A stretch of DNA of 63,493 nt, counting the filler, from Octopus bimaculoides (Eukaryota), in NCBI RefSeq assembly GCF_001194135.2. It is 5 parts of 5 records of this genome, joined end to end, with 100 filler letters (N's around TTAATTAATTAA, not from the genome) between each part and the next. Parts side by side here need not be neighbours in the genome. Positions count along the whole stretch, not along the records: positions 1 to 14,447 come from NC_068982.1; positions 14,548 to 30,340 come from NC_068990.1; 3 more parts are not named here. One strand, given 5' to 3'. Positions 10,867 through 23,182 of the stretch are shown here, one piece after another (positions within the stretch are counted from its first letter, which is position 1; each line of letters starts with the position of its first letter). The notes beneath the pieces were generated by a model. It saw only the letters and a program-made list of their open reading frames with translations, was not told the DNA's origin and searched no databases. A program made the position numbers and the translations under genes.

Positions 10867-13800
10867 CTTATTAACACATCTGCTGATATATCTAGTTGTG
10901 TGTTTGCCTATGTATATAACTACATCTCTTTCTATGAATATATCTGTATTTATATCTATATTTTCTATATTCTTTCCAGTTGAAAATTATGGCCGATGAC
11001 TGCCGAACAAAATCAACCAATAAAAATGCTGTGATCATGTGATTTTAATCGAGATCTCCTATGACGCGACCAATGCGTCTGCTGTGCCGTCTCACTCAAG
11101 TCACGATGCCTCTAGAATATTTTGCGGCTTCACTGCAGCTGTCCTGTCTCATTCCCGTTACGCTATGATACAACTATAACATTGTGTGGTTCCCTGTTGC
11201 AGTGACTACAGCTTTATTGCCGTATCTGTCAATGTTACTGTTGATGACTGTCTTGACAATCGTTATTAAGACTCATATCATTCCACTGCCAGTCGTTACA
11301 ACAATAATCTGACACAGTTTCTGCCTCTGAGTGGTGCCAGAAATATTAAAATAGGTTGCTACCTTGAAACACACAATGGCATTCATTTAAGATTTAAATA
11401 AGAACTGCATTGCATTCCATTACATCATACCATGCCTCGTGAGACAGCCTGTACAGGAGTACACAACCAGCTAAAAATAGCAGCCAAACATTCCTTAAAT
11501 AACACCCTAGCTTCTGAAAGTAAATAAGCACAGTGTATAACAAAAACATAGAATGGGCACGGGGGGGGGGGCTTGCCTTTGGTCATAAATCTACTAGAAC
11601 AGGATTGACCTATGGCTAAACAACCACACCGCTTCATTACATCATAATATACATCACACATGCTAACAAACATTTATCTACCTCAAAATAGTCACCCGAA
11701 CTGCAAGAGACAGCAGCCAAAATCTCCAACAACTCATATTCTATATGCTGGTAGTCATTACAAGCACACACACTTTTACGTATATCACACAGACACACAC
11801 ACACACAGACACACACTTACACACAATCATATGTGGTGCGTGTATGCGTGTATGTGTGCGCGCAGATGCGTGTATGTGTAGTTTAACCCGAGATCATCAT
11901 GTACTTGGTGTGTTTTAAAATATAGTCCTGTTATATATGGTGCTGAGTCCACCTCTTTTTTATGGTAGGCACATCACGTCACCCAGTTTTATAATACCTC
12001 ATTATTGGCTGCCATTAGCGGGGATTGTTGTGTTGCGATCATTTGGAACTGTGAAAAGTAATAAGCGACAGCAACAACAACAAAACACTAGTAAATAATC
12101 TATAGAAAAGTTCAAATATATCGCAGGTCAATTTCTCATGTGTCTGTATGTGACTTGTGAGCGACTTGCACTTTTTTTTTTTTCTGCACCATGGACCATT
12201 GTTATCCAATTTTTACTTCCCTGCAAAATAAACACTTGTTAAGCAGTAAGCATTCACACAGGATTTTACAATATGAAATATTAAAACAGCATTATATGTG
12301 TGCGTTTGTGTATGTATGTATATGTATATCAGTCATTTTATAAATGCAAGGCTGTAACTGCACTTATATCATAGAAGCAATTTCATAAACGTCATGCTTG
12401 TCATAAAGTAATATAAAAATACGACAATCATAAGGTAAAGATTCTTATACGCATTTAATCAATACTTGTTAATACATACACATGTAACATTTAGCATGAG
12501 TTGGGTAAGGAAGGCATCTTGATTTTTCATTATCTTTCAATGTCTTGCAGATCTGTATTATCCTATAATACCAGACTCATTTGTAGCGTATAAATTAAGG
12601 AGCTGAAGTTGGGTTATCTCCCCCAAGAACCCATGTTCAGCCATACTTTGCTCCAGGCGGAGTGGTACGTATCGTATTACTCCAATGATAAGCATGAAAC
12701 TGAAAGTATATCAGGGATACTGTATTTGCAATCTCTTAGCCAATAGACGATAAACGCATTCTTTCTTCTTTATTTTTCTAACCATACTGGCGTCCAGAGG
12801 GCAGCTGCTTTTCACAAAAGCATATTTTTTTCTTGTGGTCCCACACAATATCTGGCTTGTTGTGTTTTAACTTACTTCCTGTTTTAATTTTTAAGCTCCA
12901 CCAGTATTCTTTTGATCCATCATTCTCAATTTAGTCTACTTTGTTGGAAATTTTCGTTTTCTTCTGTTCCAGACTGACTAGCGCATCATACCTCTTGGGG
13001 AGATAATATCCAAGAGACAATATCTCGCAGTTAACAATCATGAAATTGATGTCTTCAGTTTTAGTTTAGCACAGCCTATATTTGTAATCTATCGATGTTT
13101 TCTGCTTTTCACAAAACAGAAACTTAGTGGAGATCTCTTGTTCTTGAATTGCATGGAGGCAACCTTCAGAATGAGATGTCACAAACTTGTCGGTACTCCA
13201 AGTCAAGCATTTCAGATGATTTATTTTCCTCAAAAACAGGCGTCTTCTGTGCCAAGTGCTCATGCACTATCTTCTCAGTGAACCGGTCCCTATTTATATA
13301 TTGTTCTGATAAAGAGAATGTTTCAGTTTTCCTTGGAGAGAGCTCTGCATCAGCTCTTATTTCATGTCTCCCCTAAAATTTCCTAAAATTCATTAGCTCT
13401 CCTAATGTCATTGTTATTTTCGTGCTGGCAAACTTGGGCAAGATAGTTGTTGGCCCGGTTCCTCTATTGTAACAGAGCATCCAAAAATCATCTTCCTCAC
13501 CAAACAGGTTTGTTATGGTTACCGGTTTCGTCGCAGACGGCCCAATCATGTGACAGGTTTTTCTGGGTTACATGTAATAAGACACGACAAAACAAACAAA
13601 CAAAAGTACATAGATGTGTACATACATGCATACATACATAATACATACATACATACATACATACATAAATACATTCATGCATATATACATACCTACATAC
13701 ATACAAACATACATACATACACACACAGATGTGTTTGCAGTACCAGTCTTATACATGCATGCACATTTTTAATGCTAGTCAAAACAAAAACTGAATCTCC

Positions 13801-14447
13801 AGTCTGAAAGATAACATCATGCATACATTAAATATGTACATTTATCTTACCGAGGCTAGACATCTTCTAACGAACTGCAATGTGAATGATACACATCTGA
13901 AAATGTTTTGTCAAAAATAAAAGAAAAAAATATCATCCCCTTAAATTTGAACACTCTTTAACGTTAACTGTTTACTGCTTCAAACTTGAATATGACTCCA
14001 TCTACATATCTATCTTGAATATTTCGTTGGGATAATTTGGAAAAGGACGCTCGAAATTTAAACAAATTGTGTTCGTCGGGGAAGGCGTGTGTGTGTGTGT
14101 GTGTGCGTGCATGCGTGCGTGCGCGCGTTTTTGTGTGTGTGTGCGCGCATGTGCATGTTCATTGCAATTAATTTTGCAATTTCATCGACTTTTAATGGAA
14201 AATATCGTTTATTTTATCTTTACATTTGGTGAGAGAAAAACAGATAATAGAAACACGAATATTATCGAGGACGTTGTTCTTGCTTTGATCCAGGTTGTTT
14301 TTTTTTTCTCCTTTGAGAAAAGTATAGTTTCCTTTTTATAATATTGACAATCAAATTTTTAAAAAGACTTCTACTTTATATTTTCTTTGTATTACAATTT
14401 CTTTTTCGCTTTTAACACGTGGCTTCTAGCGCTAACACAATTATATA

Positions 14448-14547
14448 NNNNNNNNNNNNNNNNNNNNNNNNNNNNNNNNNNNNNNNNNNNNTTAATTAAT
14501 TAANNNNNNNNNNNNNNNNNNNNNNNNNNNNNNNNNNNNNNNNNNNN
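14448..14547. other. Assembly linker N44-TTAATTAATTAA-N44 (also 30341-30440, 59125-59223, 62376-62475)
   Basis: The same 12-mer, with stops in all six frames, centred in ~100-bp N blocks four times. Confidence 0.93.
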
Positions 14548-14548
14548 A

Positions 14549-14620
14549 CACATCACCCAGTCCAGGAATCGAAACCACAATCTTACGATAATGAGTCCAA
14601 TACCCTAAACACTAAGCCAC
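14549..14620 (-). mobile_element. tRNA-derived SINE head
   Basis: Minus strand gtggcttagtg (A box)...ggtttcgattcc (B box); same type as 53172 and 56680-56780. Confidence 0.6.
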
Positions 14621-14626
14621 GCACCT

Positions 14627-14661
<35 letters not shown>

Positions 14662-15985
14662 TATATATATGAAAAAAAGAAAACGGAGAAATTGACATAT
14701 AGATATCAATTTATTAAAACAAATCCAATTTCAAACAATATCAAATTCATAGAACTTACAATTGTTTCCATGTCCAATTAATTCAAATAAGAAAAATTAA
14801 ATTAAAGATTCACATTGAATATAGTTAATTGAACATTTCGTCACGGTCAGAACATGATAGAAAAGGGAACTACATTCCTATGTGTTGATTGATCATTGGT
14901 AGACTCAGCATTAAATTCAGATATGTGCGCTTGTGCATTTAAAAAAAACCGTTACTTGTGTATATGTAATTTTGTTTTTTTATAACTTAATGTATTTGTG
15001 CGTGTGCATGTGTTACTGTGTTGAAAAACAAAGGAGCCGTTAGGTGGTCTAAACAATATTTCTGATACAGTTAATTGTTATTAAAAAAAAAAACATTTAT
15101 TACTAATTTTCATTATTGTTTGTGAGAGTACGAAATGCTAGTAAAGTTTTTTAATCACTTAAAAATTATATTGTAAGTCACCTAGTTATAACCTCTAGTA
15201 TTAACAATTAAATACTAATTGTTTTTATTTTTATAATTTAAACCATAAATCATACGCATGACCATGACGAAATTAAATCTTTTTACATAACACGGTAGTT
15301 GTAATTTTACGTCAACAAGATTTGTGTACAGTATATTTTTTATATCATTTTATTTTTATTATAATATCCACAAAGAATTTTCTAAGCTTCGTGGTTATCA
15401 TTGTTAGTATTAACAATTAAATACCAATTTATCTAGCATAATTTAAATCAAAAATATTTCTATTCTTTACTGCGTACTACGTGCGATGACGAACTCAAAC
15501 TGTTTACTATTTACAATAGCTGTCTACGACGTCATCGACATTTGTGAGCAATATATTTTTTATTTTAAAAATGAGAAAAGGATACATACGATTATAATTG
15601 AGGAATAAAATCAAAATTAATAAAATTAAATCCATTATCCAGCTAATACGTAGCATCTTTTACTTTAAAATTAATTATTATTTTAAGTATAATTATAATT
15701 TTCCTAAGATACCTACTTCTATATTTCTAGATAGTCAATTTAAAAGATAGCTAATTTATAGTCTTAGTAACTATAGTATTTTATTTTAATCGTAATTCTT
15801 AAAGATAAACCACCCACATTTTTGGTGTTAAGAAGCTTACATTTTTTTATATCCTTGATACACGTTGAATATAAATTACGCAGCGAAGGTTAAATCAATG
15901 TGTTCCCACGACCTACTTTGCGAGACAACCAAACGCTCTCCTGCTGACTACTACCGACCATTACTCTTTATAAGAGTTCGGCTGG

Positions 15986-17002
15986 GATCTTTTCACTTTC
16001 ATCGGCAGATCGAGAAATTAATTTTTTGTAACTAAACACTTTCAAACTTCGGACACTGGTAGAATGTGTCATATAAAACATCTTTTACTCTTAGCGTTGT
16101 TGAGAAAAGTTTTTATTTACGAAGTTATTTCGTGTTAAAGTTGTCGTGTTTCGGTAATTTCAACCAATCAATGACGTGTATTCAGCTGAATAAAATTACT
16201 GCTGTTGCATGTCAACAACAACTTCCGGCGGTGTATATTTCGTTTGTCACTGTTATTTATAACATATTTTATTTCAGTTACGTTCGTATCAATAAACGAG
16301 TGTATATGAAGCACGTTTACTTCATAACACCACCNNNNNNNNNNNNNNNNNNNNNNNNNNNNNNNNNNNNNNNNNNNNNNNNNNNNNNNNNNNNNNNNNN
16401 NNNNNNNNNNNNNNNNNNNNNNNNNNNNNNNNNNNNNNNNNNNNNNNNNNNNNNNNNNNNNNNNNNNNNNNNNNNNNNNNNNNNNNNNNNNNNNNNNNNN
16501 NNNNNNNNNNNNNTCTTAATTTTTTACTTTTTTCCGAAACCCTAACCCTAAACCCGAACCCTAACCCTAATCCTAAAACCCTAACCCCAACCCTAAAACT
16601 TTAACCCCAACCCTAAAACTTTAACCCTAACCCTAAAACCCTAACCCTAAAACCCTAAAACCCTAACCCTAAAACCATAACACTAACCCTAAAACCCTAA
16701 GCTAAAACCAGTGCAAACGCACGAACGATGTCATAAATAACAGTGACAAACGAAATATACACCGCCGATAGTTGATGACAAACAAACAGCAGTAATTTAA
16801 TACAGCTGAATACACGTTATTGATTGGTTGAAATTACCAAAATACAACTTTAACTCGAAATAACTTCGTAAATAGAAACTTTTCTCAACAACGCTAAGAA
16901 TAAAAGATGCTTTATATGACACATTCTACCAGTGTCCGAAGTTTGAAAGTGTTTAGTTACAAAAAAATAATTTCTCGATCTGCCGATGAAAGTGAAAAGA
17001 TC
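15986..17002. mobile_element. Foldback/MITE-like element with ~280-bp TIRs and an internal telomere-like array, inserted in the 3' LTR
   Basis: 15986-16265 is the reverse complement of 16728-17002 (gatcttttcactttcatcggcagatcgagaa / ttctcgatctgccgatgaaagtgaaaagatc); LTR homology resumes on both sides. Confidence 0.88.
16537..16709. repeat. Degenerate telomere-like array (TAACCC / TAAAACCC)
   Basis: Directly visible mix of ccctaa and ccctaaaa units. Confidence 0.9.
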
Positions 17003-20000
17003 TTTCGACTACTTCATTCTTCCAATCCCCCAGGGGTGTCAATGACTCTCGTCACAGCATCTCCACCTTTGAGATTGACTTCCATTGGAAGTTACTTTTA
17101 TTCTTATTTATTTTTCTTTCGTCACATCTCCCTTTTTGAGAATTTTCTCCTAGGAAAGTTAAATATTTCTTCCGTTTAGGCACTACTTCCCACCGTTTTG
17201 TATGTTTCCTCTTTCTTGTGCTGCTACGACTAGATTCGATTTCATGTGGCGTTGGAACATCAATCGTGTCACTGAACACTTCCATGGGTATCTCTCTTCT
17301 TTTTTCCGTATACCTCTTTTTTAGCTGGTTTGAATGCCTTTTGTGTTCCCATTTTAGCCTCTTATCATATGTCATTTTGTGTATTCTTTTTTATACTACT
17401 CCGTCTTCCCAAACTAGTTTCCAGTTTTATATATTTTGAAAAACACCTTGTCACCGATATAAGACTTTGTCGTATTTTTAGTGTTTTCCCTATTAATTTT
17501 TCTTACTAGTAGCAGCTTGTCAAAATTTTTCTTTATTTTTCGAGCAAACATTAGTTCCGCAGGCGACTTGCCTGAGAAAGTGTTTGGATTTGGTGTTATC
17601 CTATAAACCCTCAAGAATTGCGTCATTGACCATCTCATTTCTTGATCTCTTTAATGCTCTTTTAAATGTATCCACAAACTGTTCCGCTTGTCCGTTAGAT
17701 CTTGAGTGATACGGAAGAGTAGTAATACGTTCAATTGAGTATTTCTTGCAAACATTCTTAAATTCATTCGCTGTGAATTGTGTACCGTTATTGGAGACTA
17801 TGGTATCCGGGACACCATATCTAGCAAACAGTCCGTGTACAAATTTACTGTTATCGTGGGTGTCGGTTTACTATATTTGCACATTTCTGGTCATTTAGTA
17901 AGAGCTATCTACCACTATTAGATAATATGATCGGTTTAACGGTCCTGCGAACTCTATGTGTAGTCTGGACCATGTAATATCGATTTTGGGCCAAGGTTGA
18001 ATTTGTATAAGTGGTGACTTCGCTGCAAGAGCACAAACTTTGCAGGATCTCACCAACTTCTCAATATCTGGATCCATTTTGGCTAGTTAACATAACTCCT
18101 CATAAGAGACTTCATTCTAAAAATTCCTAGATGTCCAATGTAGAATTCCTTTAACATTTGACCTTGTAGTGAGATAGACATTACGACCCTCTGTGCATAC
18201 ATAACCACATTATCATATATCGAATACAAATTCGAAACTGTGTTACGTTCAGCCACACGTATTTAAAAAATTGTTTCTTCTTTTTAATCTCACTGTTTTT
18301 CATTTTTATGTTAAACTTGTCCGCCTCTGCCTTAATTTTTATTTCCTCCAATGTCACAGGCAATTCACGGACAACATTGCACAATATATTTTTTATTTCA
18401 TTTTCGGCTTTTAACACCGCTATCACTGTCTTCCAGTGGTTCACTGCATTTTGGTATTAATCTTGATAAACAATCTGCATGTCCCAATTTTTTCGATGAC
18501 AAATGCTCCATCTTCAAGTTGTAATTCATTAAGACTGCAATCTATTGGCTGTATGGGTAGAGATACCCTTTTTTCATCCATAGATCGACAATAATGGGTG
18601 GTGGCCTGTCGGCAGATGGAAAGTTCTTCCTTGTAGAAATTTATGGAATTTTTTTTACCGCAGATATGATGGCCAATGCCTCTTTTTCTATTTGACTGTA
18701 ACTTTTCTCACTCGGCAATAATGAACGCGAAGCGTGAGCTACTGATTTCAGGCTACCATCTTCATACTTGTGTAAAATCACAGCTCCAATACCACATTCA
18801 CCAGCATCCGCTGCCATTACCATTTCTAAGTTCTGGTCAAAATGTGATAAGAACAATTCTAACGTTAAGACGTTTTTAATTTCTTCAATAGCTTTTTGGC
18901 ATTTGTCCAACCAGTTCCACGTAACGTCTTTTTTTAATCAGTTATTCAGGGATGCTCTTAAATCGTGCATATTCGATATATATATCTGGTAGTACCTTGC
19001 AAGCCCCAAAAGTGCTTGTAACTTTGTAATGTTTGTTGAGGGAGGCATATTTTTTTATTGCACTCGCCCTAGACGAATCTGGTCTGTGTCCATTTTCATC
19101 AATAATCTGCCCAAGGTATTTTATTCTTGAAACCATGCTCTTTTATTCTTTCGAAGACCTTTCTCACATGCTCAGCATGCTGATCTCGTGATTCTCTTTT
19201 TGTGTCGTCAAGGTAAGCTACAGCAAAATCCGAACCTGCGAGCATAATGTCCATAATTTGTTGGAAAATTCCAAGTGCTACCTTTATTCCAAAGGGGAAT
19301 AGATTAAATTTATACAATCCTTTATGGGTATTTATTGTCAATAATTTTGAACATTCTTCATCGCGAAAATTCCCGTTAAGAAATCAGCGCATACTCGGAT
19401 TTTATTATTTTTATTTTTTGACATAAACTGTTGGGGAGGCCCATTTTGAATAATCAATTTTTTCAATAATGCCAAGCTTTTCAAGTCTATCCAATTCTTC
19501 GTTGACTTGTTTTAACGCTGCGAAAGGTACCGTTCTTCTTGGTTTAAATACCTGTATAGCGTTTTCTTTCACTTGAAACTTTGCCTCTATTTTTGTGCAA
19601 AGATCCAATTCTTCAGACAAAACTTCAGGAAAAATGTGGTTTGATTTTTTAAAAAATTTCTCCGACGCCTCATGTTTACTAGCGGAAGAACTATTCACAT
19701 TTTTACAAAAGATATTTAATCAAAACACAGTTAAATAGTTCCATCCAGTCTGTTCCAAATAAATTTGTTGTATTTTTCAACACAAAACTTTGGCTTTTAA
19801 AGTTTTTCCACAAAACGTTGCATCACTTATCATTTCGCCCATAAAATGAAATTTTTTTCCTGAAACACCGCGCAATTTTCGAAGTTTCCTTTAATCTAGG
19901 TTTCCCTATTTTTCTCCATGCATCTGTATTAATTATCGTGATATCACTGCCTGTATCCAATTGTAACTTGATATACACATTATTAATTTTCATGTACACA

Positions 20001-20973
20001 AATTTTCTTTTCTGAGCCTCGCTTAGAATTTTTTTCAACAATACATTCTTTCTAGAATTTTTTTGTTTGACCCTTCATTTTGTTTCGCTATACAAGGTGA
20101 GCTTTTATGTCCGATTTTTCCACAATCAAAGCATTTACAATTTTTAAAAGGACAATTACTTTTAAAAGGTAAACCTCCGCACCCATAGCATGGATTTGGT
20201 CTCGACGCTGGATTTTGTTCTTTTCTAATCTGTTTTAGGTCGACACGCATGTATCTGAGAGCAATCTTTTCCCTCTATTTTAACCCGTCATGTCTTAAAT
20301 TTATAATCCCCTGGCATTCTTCAGCCACTGCCTGTAGAGTTAATTTTTGGTCCCGTTCTAATTTTGCTGATATATCAACATCTTTTCTTGAACAAAAATT
20401 AGACATTTGAACAAATCCGGTGTTAATTTGAGTTTTTCACCCCAGCATAGGTGACGAAATCTTCGTTATCTTTTGTAACTAAATTTAAATATTGCCAACG
20501 AAACAAATCTCAGCTGGTTTCTTCGGCAGAATATAATTACAGTATTTTTCGTGTTCGGGAGGAGATAGCTTTCTTACAAGTAGTTGTACCTTCTTGTCAT
20601 TCCAATTTTTACATTTTTCTTTGAAGATTTCTTCGTATCTTCTAGAATATGCAGAAAAAGTAGTACCTTCTTCTGGGTTATAATTAAATTCTCCAATTAA
20701 ATTTGCTACGCTGATGAAAACGAACCTGAAATATTTTCAGACTTCTTCAACACTATTTCCAGTAACTGTTGGTATTGTTGTTGCTGTTGTAGTTGTTTTA
20801 ACTGCTGTTGCTGCTGTTGCATTTGTTGTTGTAACTGTTGTTGCTGTTGTTGTTGTTGCTGTTGCAGCTACTTCATGCAAGCTTACAAATATTCCATGTT
20901 AAATAGTTTTTTCTTTGGTTTCGTGCCAAAAAAATTTAACGTCCGACGCAAGCTTCGAATATGTAGTCGCCAC

Positions 20974-21173
20974 TTTTATATCCTTGACACATGTTGAATT
21001 TATAAATTAACGAAGTCGAGGTTAAACAATGTGTTCACACGACAAACCTCGCGAGATTAACAAGCGTTCTCCCGCTGACTACTACCGACTACTGCTCTTT
21101 ATAAGAGTTCGGCTTGTCCATTCTTGCAATCCCCCAGTGGATTGCAATTCAATTGAAATAAATTTTTATCACA
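20974..21173 (-). repeat. 5' LTR of the Gypsy element
   Basis: Direct repeat with 15845-15985 plus 17003-17056 (shared atatccttga, aatgtgttc, gctgactactaccgac, ctctttataagagttcggct, aatcccccag); starts TGTGA on the minus strand. Confidence 0.8.
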
Positions 21174-21239
21174 AAAATAATTTCTTCCCAAAACAACGAG
21201 CAAACTTAAATACATTTAGTACAAAATACACACACACAC

Positions 21240-21302
<63 letters not shown>

Positions 21303-21543
21303 CGCACACACATTCCGAATAGAAAAGGAATCTGCTCCAATTCAATAGGATCTTTATACTTGACCCATTAAGCCTCATTTCAAACCCGTACATAAACAAC
21401 ATATATAAGAAAAGACATTACGAGACAATATTAAACATATTCTTAACTATGCACAGAATATAAGAACAAACTGTTTTAATGTCTAATTTATAATTCTTAT
21501 TTCCTAAATCTTAACTTTGAATTCCTAATATTTAATAGAACCA

Positions 21544-21760
21544 GGCGGCGAACTGGCAGAATCGTTAGCACGCCGGGCGAAATGCTTAGTGGTATTTCAT
21601 CTGTCTTTACGTTCTGAGTTCAAATTCCGCCGAGGTCGACTTTGCCTTTCATCCTTTCGGGGTCAATAAAGTAAGTACCAGTTACGTACTGAGGTCGATC
21701 TAATCGACTGACCCCCTCCCCAAAATTTCGGGCCTTGTGTCTAGAGTAGAAAAGAATAAT
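21544..21760 (+). mobile_element. SINE family 1 copy
   Basis: Homologous to 212-432. Confidence 0.85.
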
Positions 21761-22049
21761 TGATAAGACTGACATACATATCAAACCGGCAATATTGCAT
21801 GAATTTAATGTAACAAATATAAAAATAACTCATCTTGACCGATAGAGAAAAGAGAAAAAGGTTAAAAAATCTTTAAACATACTTCCGTCGTTTTCACTTT
21901 TACTTCTTACCTATAATCTTTGATTTGTTTGGATTTCTAAACGTAACGCAGACAAAAAGGAACTTATGAATTTGACTGCACTATGATTTAAAAATGTGAT
22001 TATTCTATGTATATTCTGTGTTTTCTTTAAACTATTAACTTAAGCTATA

Positions 22050-22130
22050 TAACTATTAATTTAAACTATAAAACTGTATAACTATTAATTTAAACTATAA
22101 AACTGTATAACTATTAATTTAAACTATATA
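22050..22130. repeat. 29-bp minisatellite, about 3 copies
   Basis: Unit taactattaatttaaactataaaactgta. Confidence 0.75.
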
Positions 22131-22559
22131 ACTGAATGGTAGGATTTTAGTTCATTTGCTTAACTGCGTGTTGGATGCTGTTCTAAAAAATAGTTCAAAA
22201 ACTGACTTTTTGACCCTACTGGTCAAAGGAGAGATTTGTTGCCGAAATGTAGGTCATGTTATTATTCTATGCTTTTTAGTTCATTTGATAAACACACTGA
22301 TCGTGTTTTCCAGGGTGTTCAAGGTTTTAAATTTAGTTACATCCAATTTATCCTGTTCGTGTATCAGGCCCTTACGGTGTCTTTCCATGTTTTTATTATT
22401 CATATTTTAATATATTAATATTGGTATTTACTTGATTGTATTTGTTCTTATGCTATTGTTTTTAAATATATCAACACTATTATTATAAATCTCTGAACGA
22501 GGTATAAACAGTAGCTGCACAACAACGTGAAGTATATTTGCCACTTAAATGTGGTTAAC

Positions 22560-23182
22560 CACTAAGGATGGATGCTACTGTAGCTTGTAGCCCCAGTATT
22601 TGCAAAGGGAAGCCATCCTTCCCATCGTCAATCAGACGTGATACGCACGGACCCGGGTTTCTGGGTATTTACCCGTCGTCAGCACACGACAATCACCGGT
22701 CTTCGATGGGAAAAAGGATATATGTATTTGCATTGGGACCCCTTCGCATCGAAGAGCGGTGATTGTCGTGATAGATTATCGTCTTTTCCCTTATTCCGTT
22801 TTTAACCTCTTGCGGGGGCGACAGCTTCACTTCGAACCCATCTCGGTTCATTTCTTATTTGTGTCTTCTGAATTCCCTGATATCCACTTCTGTTTCCTTG
22901 CACCTTGCTGCATCAGCAAAATTCCTCTTCTCTTTTGTTAGTTTCAGGTCCATTGTCTTAATTGACTCCAACAACTCCTCCTCGGACGATAACATGTTTG
23001 AGTAACTATAACTGTCTTCAGACATTCTTCAACCAGCTGTCTCTGCTCTTACGAGAAGAGAAAGCACCAACAAAACACACGTAAACACCCAAACATCTGC
23101 AAAGCAACACAAAAAGAAAAGCTATTCAAAAAATCACCAACACAAAATTACAACTGGCACGCACTGATAATTCTGTAAAGAC
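22560..23182 (-). mobile_element. L1/Tx1 element C: 5' UTR and ORF1 N-terminus, 3' part missing
   Basis: Starts gtctttacagaattatc like element B; decayed ORF MSEDSYS...KRNFADAARCKETE resembles B ORF1 PMNFAAVAGIKTKK. Confidence 0.6.

Larger units (their letters stand above)
15845..21173 (-). mobile_element. Decayed Ty3/Gypsy LTR retrotransposon, Mag/K02A2.6-like
   Basis: Minus-strand order: 5' LTR (~20974-21173); PBS TGGCGAC (20966-20972); gag (EGTTFSAYSRRYEE...KVQLLVRKL; CYGCGG...CFDCGKIGH); protease LDTGSD; RT (GLYKFNLFPFG...AYLDD); RNase H (ADAGECGIG...YSQIEKEALAI); integrase (WSRLHIEFAGP...LIVVDS; SPAELMFARKI); purine tract ~17058-17071; 3' LTR (15845-17056). Many stops and frameshifts. 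Confidence 0.92.

Noticed and set aside
16537-16709. True telomere or chromosome fusion site
   Set aside because: Degenerate, single orientation, and enclosed by TIRs inside an LTR.
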